Origin: Acidimicrobiales bacterium
GTDB taxonomy: Bacteria; Actinomycetota; Acidimicrobiia; Acidimicrobiales; SZUA-35
Direction of reading: 5' to 3'
DNA: 64,000 nt
Assembly: GCA_965216685.1 (NCBI GenBank)
Contig: OZ244195.1
Span: 657,610-721,609 of the forward strand
The position numbers and the translations under genes are program-made. Below are positions 19,080-28,483 of the stretch, in pieces. Position 1 is the stretch's first letter. Each line of letters begins with the position of its first letter. Below the pieces are notes generated by a model. It made no database searches. It was not told where the DNA came from and saw only the letters and a program-made list of their open reading frames with translations.

Positions 19080-20069
19080 ATGTCTCCCCGTAGCACCGTC
19101 ACCCATCGCACCGTCGAGTCCTCCGGCCACCGGATCCACTGCGTCGAGTCGATCGACAGCATGGGAACCGATCGACCGCTGGTGGTGATGATCCATGGGT
19201 TCCCCGAGAGCTGGTACTCGTGGCGGCATCAGATCCCGGCCTTGGCCGCGACCGGGTTCCGTCCCCTGGCCATCGATGTCCGGGGCTACGGCCGATCGTC
19301 GGCGCCTACCGAGGTGGAGGCCTACGCCATGACAGCGCTGGTGGGCGACGTTATGGCCGTGCTGGACGATGCTGGGGCCGCTCAGGCCGTGGTCGTGGGC
19401 CACGACTGGGGTGCCCCGGTGGCGTGGACCACCGCCCTGTGGCGGCCCGACCGGGTTCGAGGAGTGGCCGGCCTGTCGGTCCCCTACAACCCCCGTGGCG
19501 ACATCAAACCCCTCGACGGCTTCCGGGCCCTGGCCGGCGACGAGATCTTCTACGTCGACTACTTCCAGCAACCCGGAGTGGCCGAAGCCGAGGCCGAGGC
19601 CGATCTAGCCGCCTGGCTCCGGGGGTTCTACTTCACCGCCTCGGCCGAGTGCGATTTCTCCCAACCTTCGATGGGGTTCGTCACCCCCGGCGGCCAACTG
19701 CGGGATCGCCTGCAGCAACCCGACGACGGCCAGATGGCCTGGATGAGCGACGAGGACTTCGCCTTCTACCTGGGCGAATTCGAGCGGACCGGGCTGACCG
19801 GGGGGTTCAACCGGTACCGCAACATCACCCGGGACTGGTATGAACTGAGCGCCTGGCGCTTCGCCCCCATCACCGTGCCCGCGCTGTTCATCGGCGGAGA
19901 CCGCGACGGCCCGACCCGGTTGGGGGCCAAGGCCATCGAGAATCTGAGCCGGAACCTGCCCAACCTGGTCGGCAGCCATATCCTCGAGCGCTGCGGGCAC
20001 TGGGTTCAGCAGGAGCAGCCACAGGAGGTGAATCGCCTCCTGATCGACTTCATCAACGGGCTGAACTGA
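19080..20069 (+). CDS. epoxide hydrolase-like alpha/beta hydrolase
   Basis: [13 protein letters not shown] oxyanion motif and GHDWGA nucleophile motif. Confidence 0.85.
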   Translation: MSPRSTVTHRTVESSGHRIHCVESIDSMGTDRPLVVMIHGFPESWYSWRHQIPALAATGFRPLAIDVRGYGRSSAPTEVEAYAMTALVGDVMAVLDDAGAAQAVVVGHDWGAPVAWTTALWRPDRVRGVAGLSVPYNPRGDIKPLDGFRALAGDEIFYVDYFQQPGVAEAEAEADLAAWLRGFYFTASAECDFSQPSMGFVTPGGQLRDRLQQPDDGQMAWMSDEDFAFYLGEFERTGLTGGFNRYRNITRDWYELSAWRFAPITVPALFIGGDRDGPTRLGAKAIENLSRNLPNLVGSHILERCGHWVQQEQPQEVNRLLIDFINGLN

Positions 20070-20086
20070 CAGTACGGTGGCTGTTC

Positions 20087-21151
20087 GTGCGCAGTGCCAA
20101 AGACTTCTTCAAACCGCTGGCGGTGGGCGCCCCGGAACCCTTGCGGGAGATTCCGGTCAAGCCCAGCCGCATGATCCACTTCTTCCCGCCGTCGATCCCC
20201 AAGTTGGTGGCCAAGGTCCCCGATATCGCCCCCACCGTCGACATCCTCCTCGGTAACTTGGAGGACGGTGTGCCCATGGCCGACAAGGAAGCCGCTCGGG
20301 CCGGGCTGGTCGAGGTCGGCCGATCGGTCGACATGGGCTCGACCCAGCTGTGGACCCGGGTCAACTCCCTTGACTCCCCGTGGTGTCTCGACGATCTGAC
20401 CACCCTGGTCACCGAGATCGGTGACCGCCTCGATGTGATCATGATCCCCAAGGTCGAAGGGCCGGAGGACATCCACTACGTCGACCGACTGTTGGCCCAG
20501 CTGGAGGCCAGGGCCGGTCTCACCAGACCGCTGCTGGTACACGCCATTCTGGAAACGGCCCGGGGGGTGGCCAACGTCGAGGACATCTGCGCCGCCTCCC
20601 CCCGAATGCAGGGCCTTTCCTTGGGGCCGGCCGACCTGGCGGCCAACCGCCGGATGAAGACCACCAGAGTGGGAGGGGGCCACCCCGGCTACCTGGTGCG
20701 CCAGGACCCGCCCGAGGGCCCGGAGGGCCAAACCGACATCGGGGCCGACCGCTCCACCTACCAGCAGGACCTGTGGCACTACACCATCGCCCGCATGGTC
20801 GACGCCTGCGGGGCCAACGGGATCCTGCCGTTCTACGGCCCCTTCGGTGATATCGCCGACACTGTGGCCTGCGAGGATCAGTTCCGCAACGCCTATCTCC
20901 TGGGCTGTGTCGGCGCCTGGTCGCTTCATCCGGTACAGATCGGCATCGCCAAGAAGGTGTTCTCCCCCGATCCGGCCGAGGTGGCTCACGCCCAGCGGGT
21001 GATCGAGGCCATGGGTGACGGTACCGGCGCCATCATGCTCGACGGCAAGATGGAAGACGACGCCTCGGTCAAGCAATGTCACGTGGTCGTCGAACTGGCC
21101 CGATCGCTGGCCGAGCGCGACCCTGAACTGGCCGCGGCCTACGGATTCTGA
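20087..21151 (+). CDS. mcl: L-malyl-CoA/beta-methylmalyl-CoA lyase (HpcH family, Chloroflexus Mcl type)
   Basis: Colinear with the remembered Chloroflexus Mcl. Shared blocks include [73 protein letters not shown]. Confidence 0.85.
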   Translation: MRSAKDFFKPLAVGAPEPLREIPVKPSRMIHFFPPSIPKLVAKVPDIAPTVDILLGNLEDGVPMADKEAARAGLVEVGRSVDMGSTQLWTRVNSLDSPWCLDDLTTLVTEIGDRLDVIMIPKVEGPEDIHYVDRLLAQLEARAGLTRPLLVHAILETARGVANVEDICAASPRMQGLSLGPADLAANRRMKTTRVGGGHPGYLVRQDPPEGPEGQTDIGADRSTYQQDLWHYTIARMVDACGANGILPFYGPFGDIADTVACEDQFRNAYLLGCVGAWSLHPVQIGIAKKVFSPDPAEVAHAQRVIEAMGDGTGAIMLDGKMEDDASVKQCHVVVELARSLAERDPELAAAYGF

Positions 21152-21161
21152 GGGAGCGACC

Positions 21162-22046
21162 GTGAGCACACACCTACGTCCGCGACGCAGTGTGTTGTAC
21201 ATGCCGTCGTCCAACGAACGGGCGTTGGTCAAAGCCCAGAGCATTCCGGCTGACGCGCTCATCTTCGACCTGGAGGACGCGGTGGCCCCCGAGGCCAAGG
21301 AAACAGCCCGGGCCCAGGCGGTGGCGGCCGCCTCGTCGGGCCACTACGGCCACCGGGAGATCACCATTCGCTGCAATGGGCTCGACACGCCGTGGGGAGC
21401 CGACGACCTGGCCGCCGCCGCCCGCTCGGGAGCCGACGCCGTGGTCATTCCCAAGGTCGACTCCGTCGACTACCTCGACGAGGTCTCGGCCCAGTTGGAC
21501 CGGGCCGGGGCACCGGCCGAGGGCCCGGGGGCCATGGCTGTCTGGGCCATGGTGGAGACACCGAGGGCGGTGTTCGACGTCCGAACCTTGGCCGCCCATC
21601 GTCGGGTGGCCGTACTGGTCATGGGAACCAACGACCTGGTCACCGAACTCCGGGCCGTACCAGGAACCAACCGGGCCACCCTGCTGCCCTACCTGGCCCG
21701 TTCGGTGCTGGCCGCCCGGGAAGCGGGCAAGGCCATTCTCGACGGTGTCTACAACAACGTGAAGGACCTCGACGGGCTGGCGGCTGAAGCGGCCCAGGGG
21801 TTCGAGATGGGCTTCGACGGCAAGACCCTGATCCACCCGTCCCAGGTCGAGCCGACCAACGACATCTGGGCTCCCTCGGCCGACGAGATCGACCACGCCC
21901 AGCGGGTGGTCCAGGCCTTTTCCTCCGCCGAAGCCGAGGGCCGGGGGGTGGTCACGGTGGGTGGCCGCATGGTCGAGAACCTGCATCGAGACGACGCCCT
22001 GCGCATCCTGGCCACCGCCGAAGCCATCGCCGCCCTCGAACGCTGA
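21162..22046 (+). CDS. CitE/HpcH-family CoA-ester lyase or malyl-CoA thioesterase-like protein
   Basis: GTG 21162 preceded by GGGAG. LIFDLEDAV, VIPKV and LIHPSQV blocks typical of citrate lyase beta-like proteins. Confidence 0.75.
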   Translation: MSTHLRPRRSVLYMPSSNERALVKAQSIPADALIFDLEDAVAPEAKETARAQAVAAASSGHYGHREITIRCNGLDTPWGADDLAAAARSGADAVVIPKVDSVDYLDEVSAQLDRAGAPAEGPGAMAVWAMVETPRAVFDVRTLAAHRRVAVLVMGTNDLVTELRAVPGTNRATLLPYLARSVLAAREAGKAILDGVYNNVKDLDGLAAEAAQGFEMGFDGKTLIHPSQVEPTNDIWAPSADEIDHAQRVVQAFSSAEAEGRGVVTVGGRMVENLHRDDALRILATAEAIAALER

Positions 22047-22060
22047 GGGCCGAACGGCCG

Positions 22061-22083
22061 GCGTCGGCGTCGGCGTCGGCGTC
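22061..22083. repeat. hexanucleotide tandem repeat (GCGTCG) x4
   Basis: gcgtcg gcgtcg gcgtcg gcgtca read directly. Intergenic. Confidence 0.8.
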
Positions 22084-22110
22084 AGCCGGGTGCCCGTGCT
22101 CCGGCCCTCA

Positions 22111-22174
22111 CGTTGGCTGCCCAACGACCCGCCGAGGGCTCGCTTTGGCCGCTCAACGACCCGCCGAGGGGTCG
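22111..22174. repeat. 2 x 32-bp tandem direct repeat
   Basis: ttggctgcccaacgacccgccgaggg (22113-22138) versus ttggccgctcaacgacccgccgaggg (22145-22170). The two copies differ at 3 positions. Confidence 0.8.
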
Positions 22175-22221
22175 TGAACCCACCAAAGTGCGTGATATCG
22201 GGATGCGGCGACCTTCCGGCG

Positions 22222-23457
22222 CTAACCCCGGGGGACGTCGATCCAGGCGATGTCCTTGTCGACCCGGGGTTCACCGGGCAACCCCAGAACCTGCTCACCG
22301 AGAATGTTCTTCATGATCTCCGTGGTGCCGCCTTCAATGGTGTTGGCCCGAGCCCGCAGGAACGCGTGGCCCACCCCACTATTGAGGCCGGCCAGATCGA
22401 GGGTGCCCGGCCGGCGGAAGGTGTAGTCGTAGCCGATCTGACCGGCCATGCCCTGCAGGTCGACGGCCGCTTCGTAGATGTCCTGGTTGAGAATGGCGTC
22501 GATGGCTTTGCCCACCGATCCCTCCGGTCCGGGGTTTCCGGCTCGGGCCAGTTGCGAAGCTCGTCGGTTGGTGAGCCGCAGCACCTCGGCCCGTACCCAC
22601 AATTTCATGACCTCGTCACGGCGGGCCCGATCGTGGACCGACGGCGACTTGCGGTAGAGATCGACCAGCACCGAGATGGGACCGCTGCCCCGCTGCGGTG
22701 CCCGACCCCCTCCCCCGCCACCACCGATGGCGGTCCGTTCGTTCATCAGCGTGGTCAGCGCAGCCCGCCAGCCCTCGTCTTCGGCTCCGATGCGGTGAGC
22801 GTCGGGAATTCGCACATCGGTCAGGTAGACCTCGTTGAACTCTGCTTCACCGGTGATCTGCCGCAGCGGGCGGACCTCCACTCCCGGGGCGTTCATGTCG
22901 AGGGCGAAGTAGGTCATGCCCTTGTGTTTGGGCACGTTGGGATCGCTGCGGGTGACGAGCATGCCCCAGTCGGCGACATGGGCCAGGGTGTTCCACACCT
23001 TCTGGCCGTTGACGATCCATTCCTCGCCGTCCCGCACCGCCCGGGCCCCCAGCCCGGCGAAGTCGGATCCGGCCCCGGGCTCGGAGAACAGCTGGCACCA
23101 CCTTTCCTCGCCGGTGAACATCGGTCGGAGAAAGCGTTGCCTGACGGCATCGTCGCCATGGGTCACGATGGTGGGTCCGGCCAGGGCGATGAAGAACTGG
23201 GTGATGTCGGTGGGCTTGGCCCCGGCCTCGGCCAATCGCCGGTCGACGTGTCGCTGCCACTGACGAGACACTCCCAGCCCTCCGTGGCCGACGGGAAACT
23301 GGACCCAGGCCAGCCCGGCGTCGAACTGATGGCCCCGGAACTCCTGATAGCCCTCATTGGCCGGATCGTGGTCGGCCAGCAATCCGTCAACGGCGGCGTC
23401 GACCATGGCCTGCTGATCGCCGGTGTCGTCGGTTGCGTCGTCGGAGATGCCACTCAT
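22222..23457 (-). CDS. acyl-CoA dehydrogenase
   Basis: Start at ATG 23457 (MSGISDD). EEWIVNGQKVW and TIEGGTTEIMKNILGE blocks. The listed 987-aa ORF is an upstream over-extension. Confidence 0.9.
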   Translation of the reverse strand: MSGISDDATDDTGDQQAMVDAAVDGLLADHDPANEGYQEFRGHQFDAGLAWVQFPVGHGGLGVSRQWQRHVDRRLAEAGAKPTDITQFFIALAGPTIVTHGDDAVRQRFLRPMFTGEERWCQLFSEPGAGSDFAGLGARAVRDGEEWIVNGQKVWNTLAHVADWGMLVTRSDPNVPKHKGMTYFALDMNAPGVEVRPLRQITGEAEFNEVYLTDVRIPDAHRIGAEDEGWRAALTTLMNERTAIGGGGGGGRAPQRGSGPISVLVDLYRKSPSVHDRARRDEVMKLWVRAEVLRLTNRRASQLARAGNPGPEGSVGKAIDAILNQDIYEAAVDLQGMAGQIGYDYTFRRPGTLDLAGLNSGVGHAFLRARANTIEGGTTEIMKNILGEQVLGLPGEPRVDKDIAWIDVPRG

Positions 23458-23487
23458 GTCGTCAGCATACGCGGCTACCGTACGGCG

Positions 23488-24750
23488 ATGACGAGCGCGG
23501 CCGACCAGAACGACGGGCCGGTGTCCGATCGGTCGAGCTGGCTCCCGGTCTGGTCGCTCGGCCTCTACACCATCACCGCCTACGGCACCTGGGCCTACGC
23601 CTTCGGCGTGCTGATGGAGGCCATCAGCGACGAGACCGGCTGGACAACCAGCTTCCTGGGATCGGTCTACGGCGTCGCCATGCTCTTGACCGGAGCATCG
23701 GCCTTCTGGACCGGTCGCCTGCTCGACCGGTTCGGTCCGATCGTGCCCCTGGGACTGCACGCCGTGGTGGCCAGCGGCTTGATGCTGACCGCGGTGTCCA
23801 TCGATCACCAACTGTTGTTCGGCCTGTTGTTCGCGGTCGGCGCCGGCCTGAGCGGGGCCACCGGCTTCTACGCCATGACCACGGTGATCGCCGCCCGTTG
23901 CCGGCCCGATCGCCCCGACCGGGCCATTGCCGTGCTCACCCTGATCGGCGCCTTCTGCTCCCCCATCTACCTGCCGCTCACCGCCTGGCTCCTCAGCCTG
24001 TGGCCGTGGCGTACCGTGGCTCGAGCTCTGGTTCTGGCCGGGGTGGTGGGAGCGTTGCAGGCTGCGGTGATCGTCCGGCGAGTCGGCCGGGTCGGGGTCG
24101 GCGACGCCGCTGGAACCGTCGGGCCGTCGCCCCGGTGGTCGAGCGCAGTGGGGCGAGCGGTGGTCGAGCCCGCGGTGCGCCGGGCGTTGATCGTCTACCT
24201 CCTGGCCGGGTCGGCCGCCAGCTGTGTGTGGGTGTTCCAGGTCCCGATGATGACGGGGGCCGGCCTGGGGCTCGGATTGGCCGGCACGCTGGCCGGGTTC
24301 AGAGGGTTCTGCCAGATCTTCGGCCGGATGGGTCTGACCGGTGCCGTCGAGCGATTTGGACCGGCCCGGCTGCTGTCGGCCGCCTACGGTCTTACTGCTG
24401 TCGGCAGCTTGGCCCTGCTGGCGGCGAGCATCGTCGGTCCGAGATCCTCGACGGCCGTCGTCGGGCTGGCCGCGGTGTTCGCCCTGGTGGCCGGGACCGG
24501 GCTGGGAGCATCGAGCCCGCTGCAGGCCATTCACGCTCGAACCCACTTCGATCACCGGGACCTCGGCCTGCTCATGGGCCTGCAGGCGGCTGTTCTGGGG
24601 CTGGCCGGAGCGCTCGGTCCGGTGGCCGGCGCCCTTCTCCGCGACGCCTCGGGTGGCTGGACTCCCACCATCGCCGCCGTGGTCGCCATCCTGGCGATCG
24701 GTACCGGCATTCTCATGACCGAACCGGATCGCCGCGAAACCGAGCCCTAG
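23488..24750 (+). CDS. MFS transporter
   Basis: Start at ATG 23488 (MTSAADQ). About 12 TM segments. The listed 929-aa ORF is an over-extension. Confidence 0.75.
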   Translation: MTSAADQNDGPVSDRSSWLPVWSLGLYTITAYGTWAYAFGVLMEAISDETGWTTSFLGSVYGVAMLLTGASAFWTGRLLDRFGPIVPLGLHAVVASGLMLTAVSIDHQLLFGLLFAVGAGLSGATGFYAMTTVIAARCRPDRPDRAIAVLTLIGAFCSPIYLPLTAWLLSLWPWRTVARALVLAGVVGALQAAVIVRRVGRVGVGDAAGTVGPSPRWSSAVGRAVVEPAVRRALIVYLLAGSAASCVWVFQVPMMTGAGLGLGLAGTLAGFRGFCQIFGRMGLTGAVERFGPARLLSAAYGLTAVGSLALLAASIVGPRSSTAVVGLAAVFALVAGTGLGASSPLQAIHARTHFDHRDLGLLMGLQAAVLGLAGALGPVAGALLRDASGGWTPTIAAVVAILAIGTGILMTEPDRRETEP

Positions 24751-24760
24751 AATCGGTCGG

Positions 24761-26050
24761 ATGTCAGCCGCCGAGTCAACGGACGCCCCATATTCCCATG
24801 GGGGTGGGCACTCCCACCAGATGGAGGGCGGGTGGGATGAGTGGATGTCGAACCCCGTTCTGCGGGCGCTGCTCAGCCTGCTTCTGGTCGCCGCCGTGAT
24901 CACCGCCATCGCCGTGGCCAATCTGTGGCCCGACGGTTCGGGGCGGACCGCAGTGCGGGCCGAGGCGGCCACGGTGGGTCTGGCGGCCGAGCGGATCGAG
25001 GCCGTGGTCGAGGAGGTGGTCGACGAGGAGTGCGACTTCTCGACCCAGGGCAATGAATGGGAGTGCCGAACGGTGGTGGTGACGCCGTCGGCCGGGCCCG
25101 ACGCCGGGTCACTGCTGATACTGCCCGAGTTCGTCAAGGACAGCGGCCCTCCGGTTCCCGACCTGTCCGTGGGCGACGACATCATGATCGACTACGAACC
25201 CAACACCGGGTTCTACTCCTACGGCGATCAGGACCGCCGCTCGGCGCTGCTGTGGTTGTTCATCACCTTCGCCGTGGTTGTGGTGGCGCTCGGCCGGTTG
25301 CGGGGTCTGCTGGCCCTGGCCGCCATGGCCACCACAGTGGCCGTGCTGGTGGGCTTCGTGGCTCCGTCGGTGCTGGACGGTAACGACCCGGTGGCGGTGT
25401 CAGTGGTGGCCGCCGCGGTCATCGCTTTCGTCAGCCTGTATCTGACCCACGGGGTCAACCCCACCACCACCGTGGCCTTGATCGGCACCTTGTTGGCGCT
25501 CCTGCTCACGCTGGTGCTGTCGAGTTTGTTCTTCGATCTGGCCCGGTTCACCGGCCTGGCCACCGAGGAGGGGATCCTGCTTCCGGTGCTGGCTCAGGAC
25601 ATCAACATGGCTTCGTTGCTTCTGGGCGGCGCCGTTATCGGGGCCCTGGGCGCATTGGACGACGTGACCGTGACCCAGGTGGCCACGGTGGCCGAGTTGC
25701 GGGCTCAGAATCCCCATCTGAGCCGCCGCCAGCTGTTCGCCTCCGGCATCCGAGTCGGCCGGGAACACATCGCGGCCACCGTGAACACGCTGCTGCTGGC
25801 CTACGCCGGTGTCAGCATGCCATTGTTGCTGCTCTTCGTGGTTTCCGACCTGTCCCTGGTCATGATCGCCAACTCCGAGATCGTGGCTGTGGAGATCGTG
25901 CGCACCCTTTGTGGCTCGCTCGGTCTGATCGCGGCGGTCCCCATCACCACCTGGCTGACCGCCGTTCTGGTCTCGGCCGGCGCCCCCAGCGATCGTCATC
26001 ACCACACCGAGGCCGCCCCACCAACAATTGCAGCAGAAAACGAGGGCTGA
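24761..26050 (+). CDS. YibE/F-like membrane protein
   Basis: N-terminal TM, extracytoplasmic domain, then about 7 TM. YibE/F-like organisation (recalled). The last 8 codons and stop lie in repeat copy 2. Confidence 0.7.
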   Translation: MSAAESTDAPYSHGGGHSHQMEGGWDEWMSNPVLRALLSLLLVAAVITAIAVANLWPDGSGRTAVRAEAATVGLAAERIEAVVEEVVDEECDFSTQGNEWECRTVVVTPSAGPDAGSLLILPEFVKDSGPPVPDLSVGDDIMIDYEPNTGFYSYGDQDRRSALLWLFITFAVVVVALGRLRGLLALAAMATTVAVLVGFVAPSVLDGNDPVAVSVVAAAVIAFVSLYLTHGVNPTTTVALIGTLLALLLTLVLSSLFFDLARFTGLATEEGILLPVLAQDINMASLLLGGAVIGALGALDDVTVTQVATVAELRAQNPHLSRRQLFASGIRVGREHIAATVNTLLLAYAGVSMPLLLLFVVSDLSLVMIANSEIVAVEIVRTLCGSLGLIAAVPITTWLTAVLVSAGAPSDRHHHTEAAPPTIAAENEG

Positions 26051-26070
26051 CCTCGTTTTCCACTGCAATT
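26026..26070. repeat. family-A palindromic repeat, copy 2
   Basis: AATTGCAGCAGAAAACGAGG gctga CCTCGTTTTCCACTGCAATT. Two internal mismatches. Lies between convergent genes. Confidence 0.85.
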
Positions 26071-26084
26071 CTGGGAAGGGGAAG

Positions 26085-27488
26085 CTAGAGACGGCAGACA
26101 CCATCGGCGACGGCGGCCTTGGCCACCGCCTCGGCCACCCGCATGGGCACCGACTTGTCGAACACCGAGGGCACGATGAAGTCGGCGGTCAAGTCGTCGG
26201 GTCCAACCGAATCGGCGATGGCGGCGGCCGCCGCCAGCTTCATGTTCTCGGTGATGTCGGAGGCGGCCACGTCGAGGGCGCCCCGGAAGATACCGGGGAA
26301 AGCCAGCACGTTGTTGATCTGGTTGGGGTAGTCGCTTCGGCCGGTGGCCATGACCGCCACCAGGCCTTCCACCGCCTCGGGCTGGATCTCGGGATCGGGG
26401 TTGGCCATGGCGAACACGATCGGGTCGGGGGCCATGGCCCTGACGTCGTCCACCGACAACAGTCCAGGGCCGCTCAAGCCGAGAAAGACATCGGCGCCGT
26501 CGATGACCTCACTGATCGAACCTCGACGCCGATCCCGGTTGGTGTTCTCGGCGAACCACTGCTTGGCCGGATTGAGGTTGTCCCGTCCGTCGTAGATCGC
26601 GCCCTGGCGGTCGACACCGATGATGGAACCGACTCCCGCCCCCAGCAGGATCTTGCCCACGGCGACCCCGGCGGCCCCCATGCCGGCCACCACCACCGAC
26701 ACATCGGCCATCTCCTTGCCGGCGATCTTGAGAGCATTGTTCAGTCCGGCCAGGGCCACCACTGCCGTACCGTGCTGATCGTCATGGAACACCGGGATGT
26801 CGAGACGCTGCTTCAGCGTCTCCTCCACCTCGAATGCTCCGGGGGCGGCGATGTCCTCCAGGTTGATGCCGCCAAAGGTGGGCGCAAGCCGGATGACGGT
26901 TTCGATGAGATCATCGGGGCTGTCGACGTCCAGGCAGATGGGGAAGGCGTCGACCCGGCCGAACTCCTTGAACAGCAGAGCCTTACCCTCCATGACGGGC
27001 ATGGCCGCCTTCGGTCCGATGTCGCCCAGCCCCAGCACCGCAGTGCCGTCGCTGACGATGGCCACGGTGTTCTTGCGGATGGTGTGGGTGTCGGCCATCG
27101 TCTCGTCGGCGGCGATGGCCCGACAAACCCGGGCCACCCCCGGGGTGTAGGCCATGGAGAGATCGTCCTTGTCGCCCACCGGGAAAAGGGGCAACACCTC
27201 GATCTTGCCACCCTCGTGCATGCGGAAGGTCCGATCGAAGTGGTCGAGCAGTTCCACTCCCTCAACCTGTCGGGCCACGGCCACGATCTGAGCCTGATGG
27301 TCCACATCGGCACAGTTGACCACGATGTCGCGCTCCAGGATCGGTCCCTTGGCCACAAATCCCTCGATGGCGAAAATGTTGCCTCCGGCCTCGCCGATGG
27401 CCACCGCCAGCCGGCCGAGAACACCGGGCCGGTTGTCGAGCCGGACGCGAAGGTTGACCGAGTACTGCGCTCCTGTGGTGCGGTTCAT
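26085..27488 (-). CDS. NAD(P)-dependent malic enzyme with N-terminal ACT-like domain
   Basis: VSDGTAVLGLGDIG, FHDDQHGTAVV and VVAGMGAAG blocks. Confidence 0.9.
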   Translation of the reverse strand: MNRTTGAQYSVNLRVRLDNRPGVLGRLAVAIGEAGGNIFAIEGFVAKGPILERDIVVNCADVDHQAQIVAVARQVEGVELLDHFDRTFRMHEGGKIEVLPLFPVGDKDDLSMAYTPGVARVCRAIAADETMADTHTIRKNTVAIVSDGTAVLGLGDIGPKAAMPVMEGKALLFKEFGRVDAFPICLDVDSPDDLIETVIRLAPTFGGINLEDIAAPGAFEVEETLKQRLDIPVFHDDQHGTAVVALAGLNNALKIAGKEMADVSVVVAGMGAAGVAVGKILLGAGVGSIIGVDRQGAIYDGRDNLNPAKQWFAENTNRDRRRGSISEVIDGADVFLGLSGPGLLSVDDVRAMAPDPIVFAMANPDPEIQPEAVEGLVAVMATGRSDYPNQINNVLAFPGIFRGALDVAASDITENMKLAAAAAIADSVGPDDLTADFIVPSVFDKSVPMRVAEAVAKAAVADGVCRL

Positions 27489-27597
27489 GGTTTTGCAACC
27501 TAGCGGTGTGCCCGGCGGAACTGCGGCCTTCGATCGGGTCGTTTATAGTTGGGCCACCAGGGCCCGGGGGGTCACCAGCGGGGAGGAAGGCACCGAC

Positions 27598-28449
27598 ATG
27601 AACGACAATGAGAGCGTCGCAACCGGACCGACGGCGACCAAGGCAGCTGAGCGACCCGAGCTGTACACCAAGTCGGGCCGGATCAAGAAGTCGATCTACG
27701 AGGCCGAGCTGGCCCGGCTCCAGGAGGAGTTCGTCAAGCTCCAGCGTTATGTGGCGGTCAAGGGCCTCAAGGTCCTGATCATCTTCGAAGGTCGGGGCTC
27801 GGCCGGCAAGGGAGGCGTGATCAAACGGATCACCGAGCGCACTTCGCCTCGCATCATGAAGGTGGTGGCTCTACCCAAACCGACCGAGCGGGAACGGACC
27901 CAGTGGTATTTTCAACGCTACGTCGAGCACCTTCCGGCCGGCGGGGAGGTGGTGCTGTTCGATCGATCCTGGTACAACCGGTCGAACGTGGAACGGGTCA
28001 TGGGATTCTGTTCCGATGAGGAACTGCAGGAGTTCCTGCGTACCTGCCCGGAATTCGAGCGCATGTTGGTCCGTTCCGGCATCATCCTGCTCAAGTATTG
28101 GTTCTCGGTCAGCTACGACGAGCAGAAGCGACGGTTCGAATCCCGCAACGAGGAGCCGTTGAAACGGTGGAAGCTGTCCGACATGGACTTGGCCGAACAT
28201 CGGCTCTATGTCGACTACTCGGAGGCCAAGGACATCACCTTCCAGTACACCGACACCAAGCAGGCCCCGTGGTACGTGGTGCCGTCGGACGACAAACGCT
28301 CGGCCCGGCTCAACTGCATGAGCCACATCCTGTCGATGATCGATTACGAGGACATTCTCCCCGACCCGGTTGAGTTGCCGGAACGGGAGGATCGACCCTA
28401 CATCCGGCCACCGATGAACGAGCAGTCGTTCGTACCCAACCTCTGGTAA
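27598..28449 (+). CDS. ppk2: polyphosphate kinase 2
   Basis: Start at ATG 27598. FEGRGSAGKGG P-loop, FDRSWYNR, WYVVPSDDK. Confidence 0.9.
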   Translation: MNDNESVATGPTATKAAERPELYTKSGRIKKSIYEAELARLQEEFVKLQRYVAVKGLKVLIIFEGRGSAGKGGVIKRITERTSPRIMKVVALPKPTERERTQWYFQRYVEHLPAGGEVVLFDRSWYNRSNVERVMGFCSDEELQEFLRTCPEFERMLVRSGIILLKYWFSVSYDEQKRRFESRNEEPLKRWKLSDMDLAEHRLYVDYSEAKDITFQYTDTKQAPWYVVPSDDKRSARLNCMSHILSMIDYEDILPDPVELPEREDRPYIRPPMNEQSFVPNLW

Positions 28450-28483
28450 TCACGCCGACTCCGGGCCGGACACCGACTGCCGG

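Noticed and set aside
21961-25185. Two giant overlapping ORFs (929 aa on + and 987 aa on -) that could be read as huge novel proteins.
   Set aside because: This is a typical high-GC artefact. Only the 3' portions have recognisable protein character (MFS 23488..24750; acyl-CoA dehydrogenase 22222..23457). The upstream extensions are antisense to real genes and are Arg/Pro/Gly-rich.
26028-27503. Long antisense ORFs opposite well-supported genes. Examples are 26028..27503, 5325..6356, 8322..9311, 10818..12215, 20006..21298, 21174..22298, 46624..47952 and 16538..17224.
   Set aside because: Their composition (Arg/Gly/Pro/His-rich, no motifs) and perfect overlap with strongly supported genes on the other strand indicate shadow ORFs of GC-rich DNA.
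28133-28143. GGTTCGAATCC, a perfect tRNA T-arm-like motif.
   Set aside because: It lies in frame inside ppk2 (..RRFESRNEE..). No acceptor, D or anticodon arms can be drawn around it.
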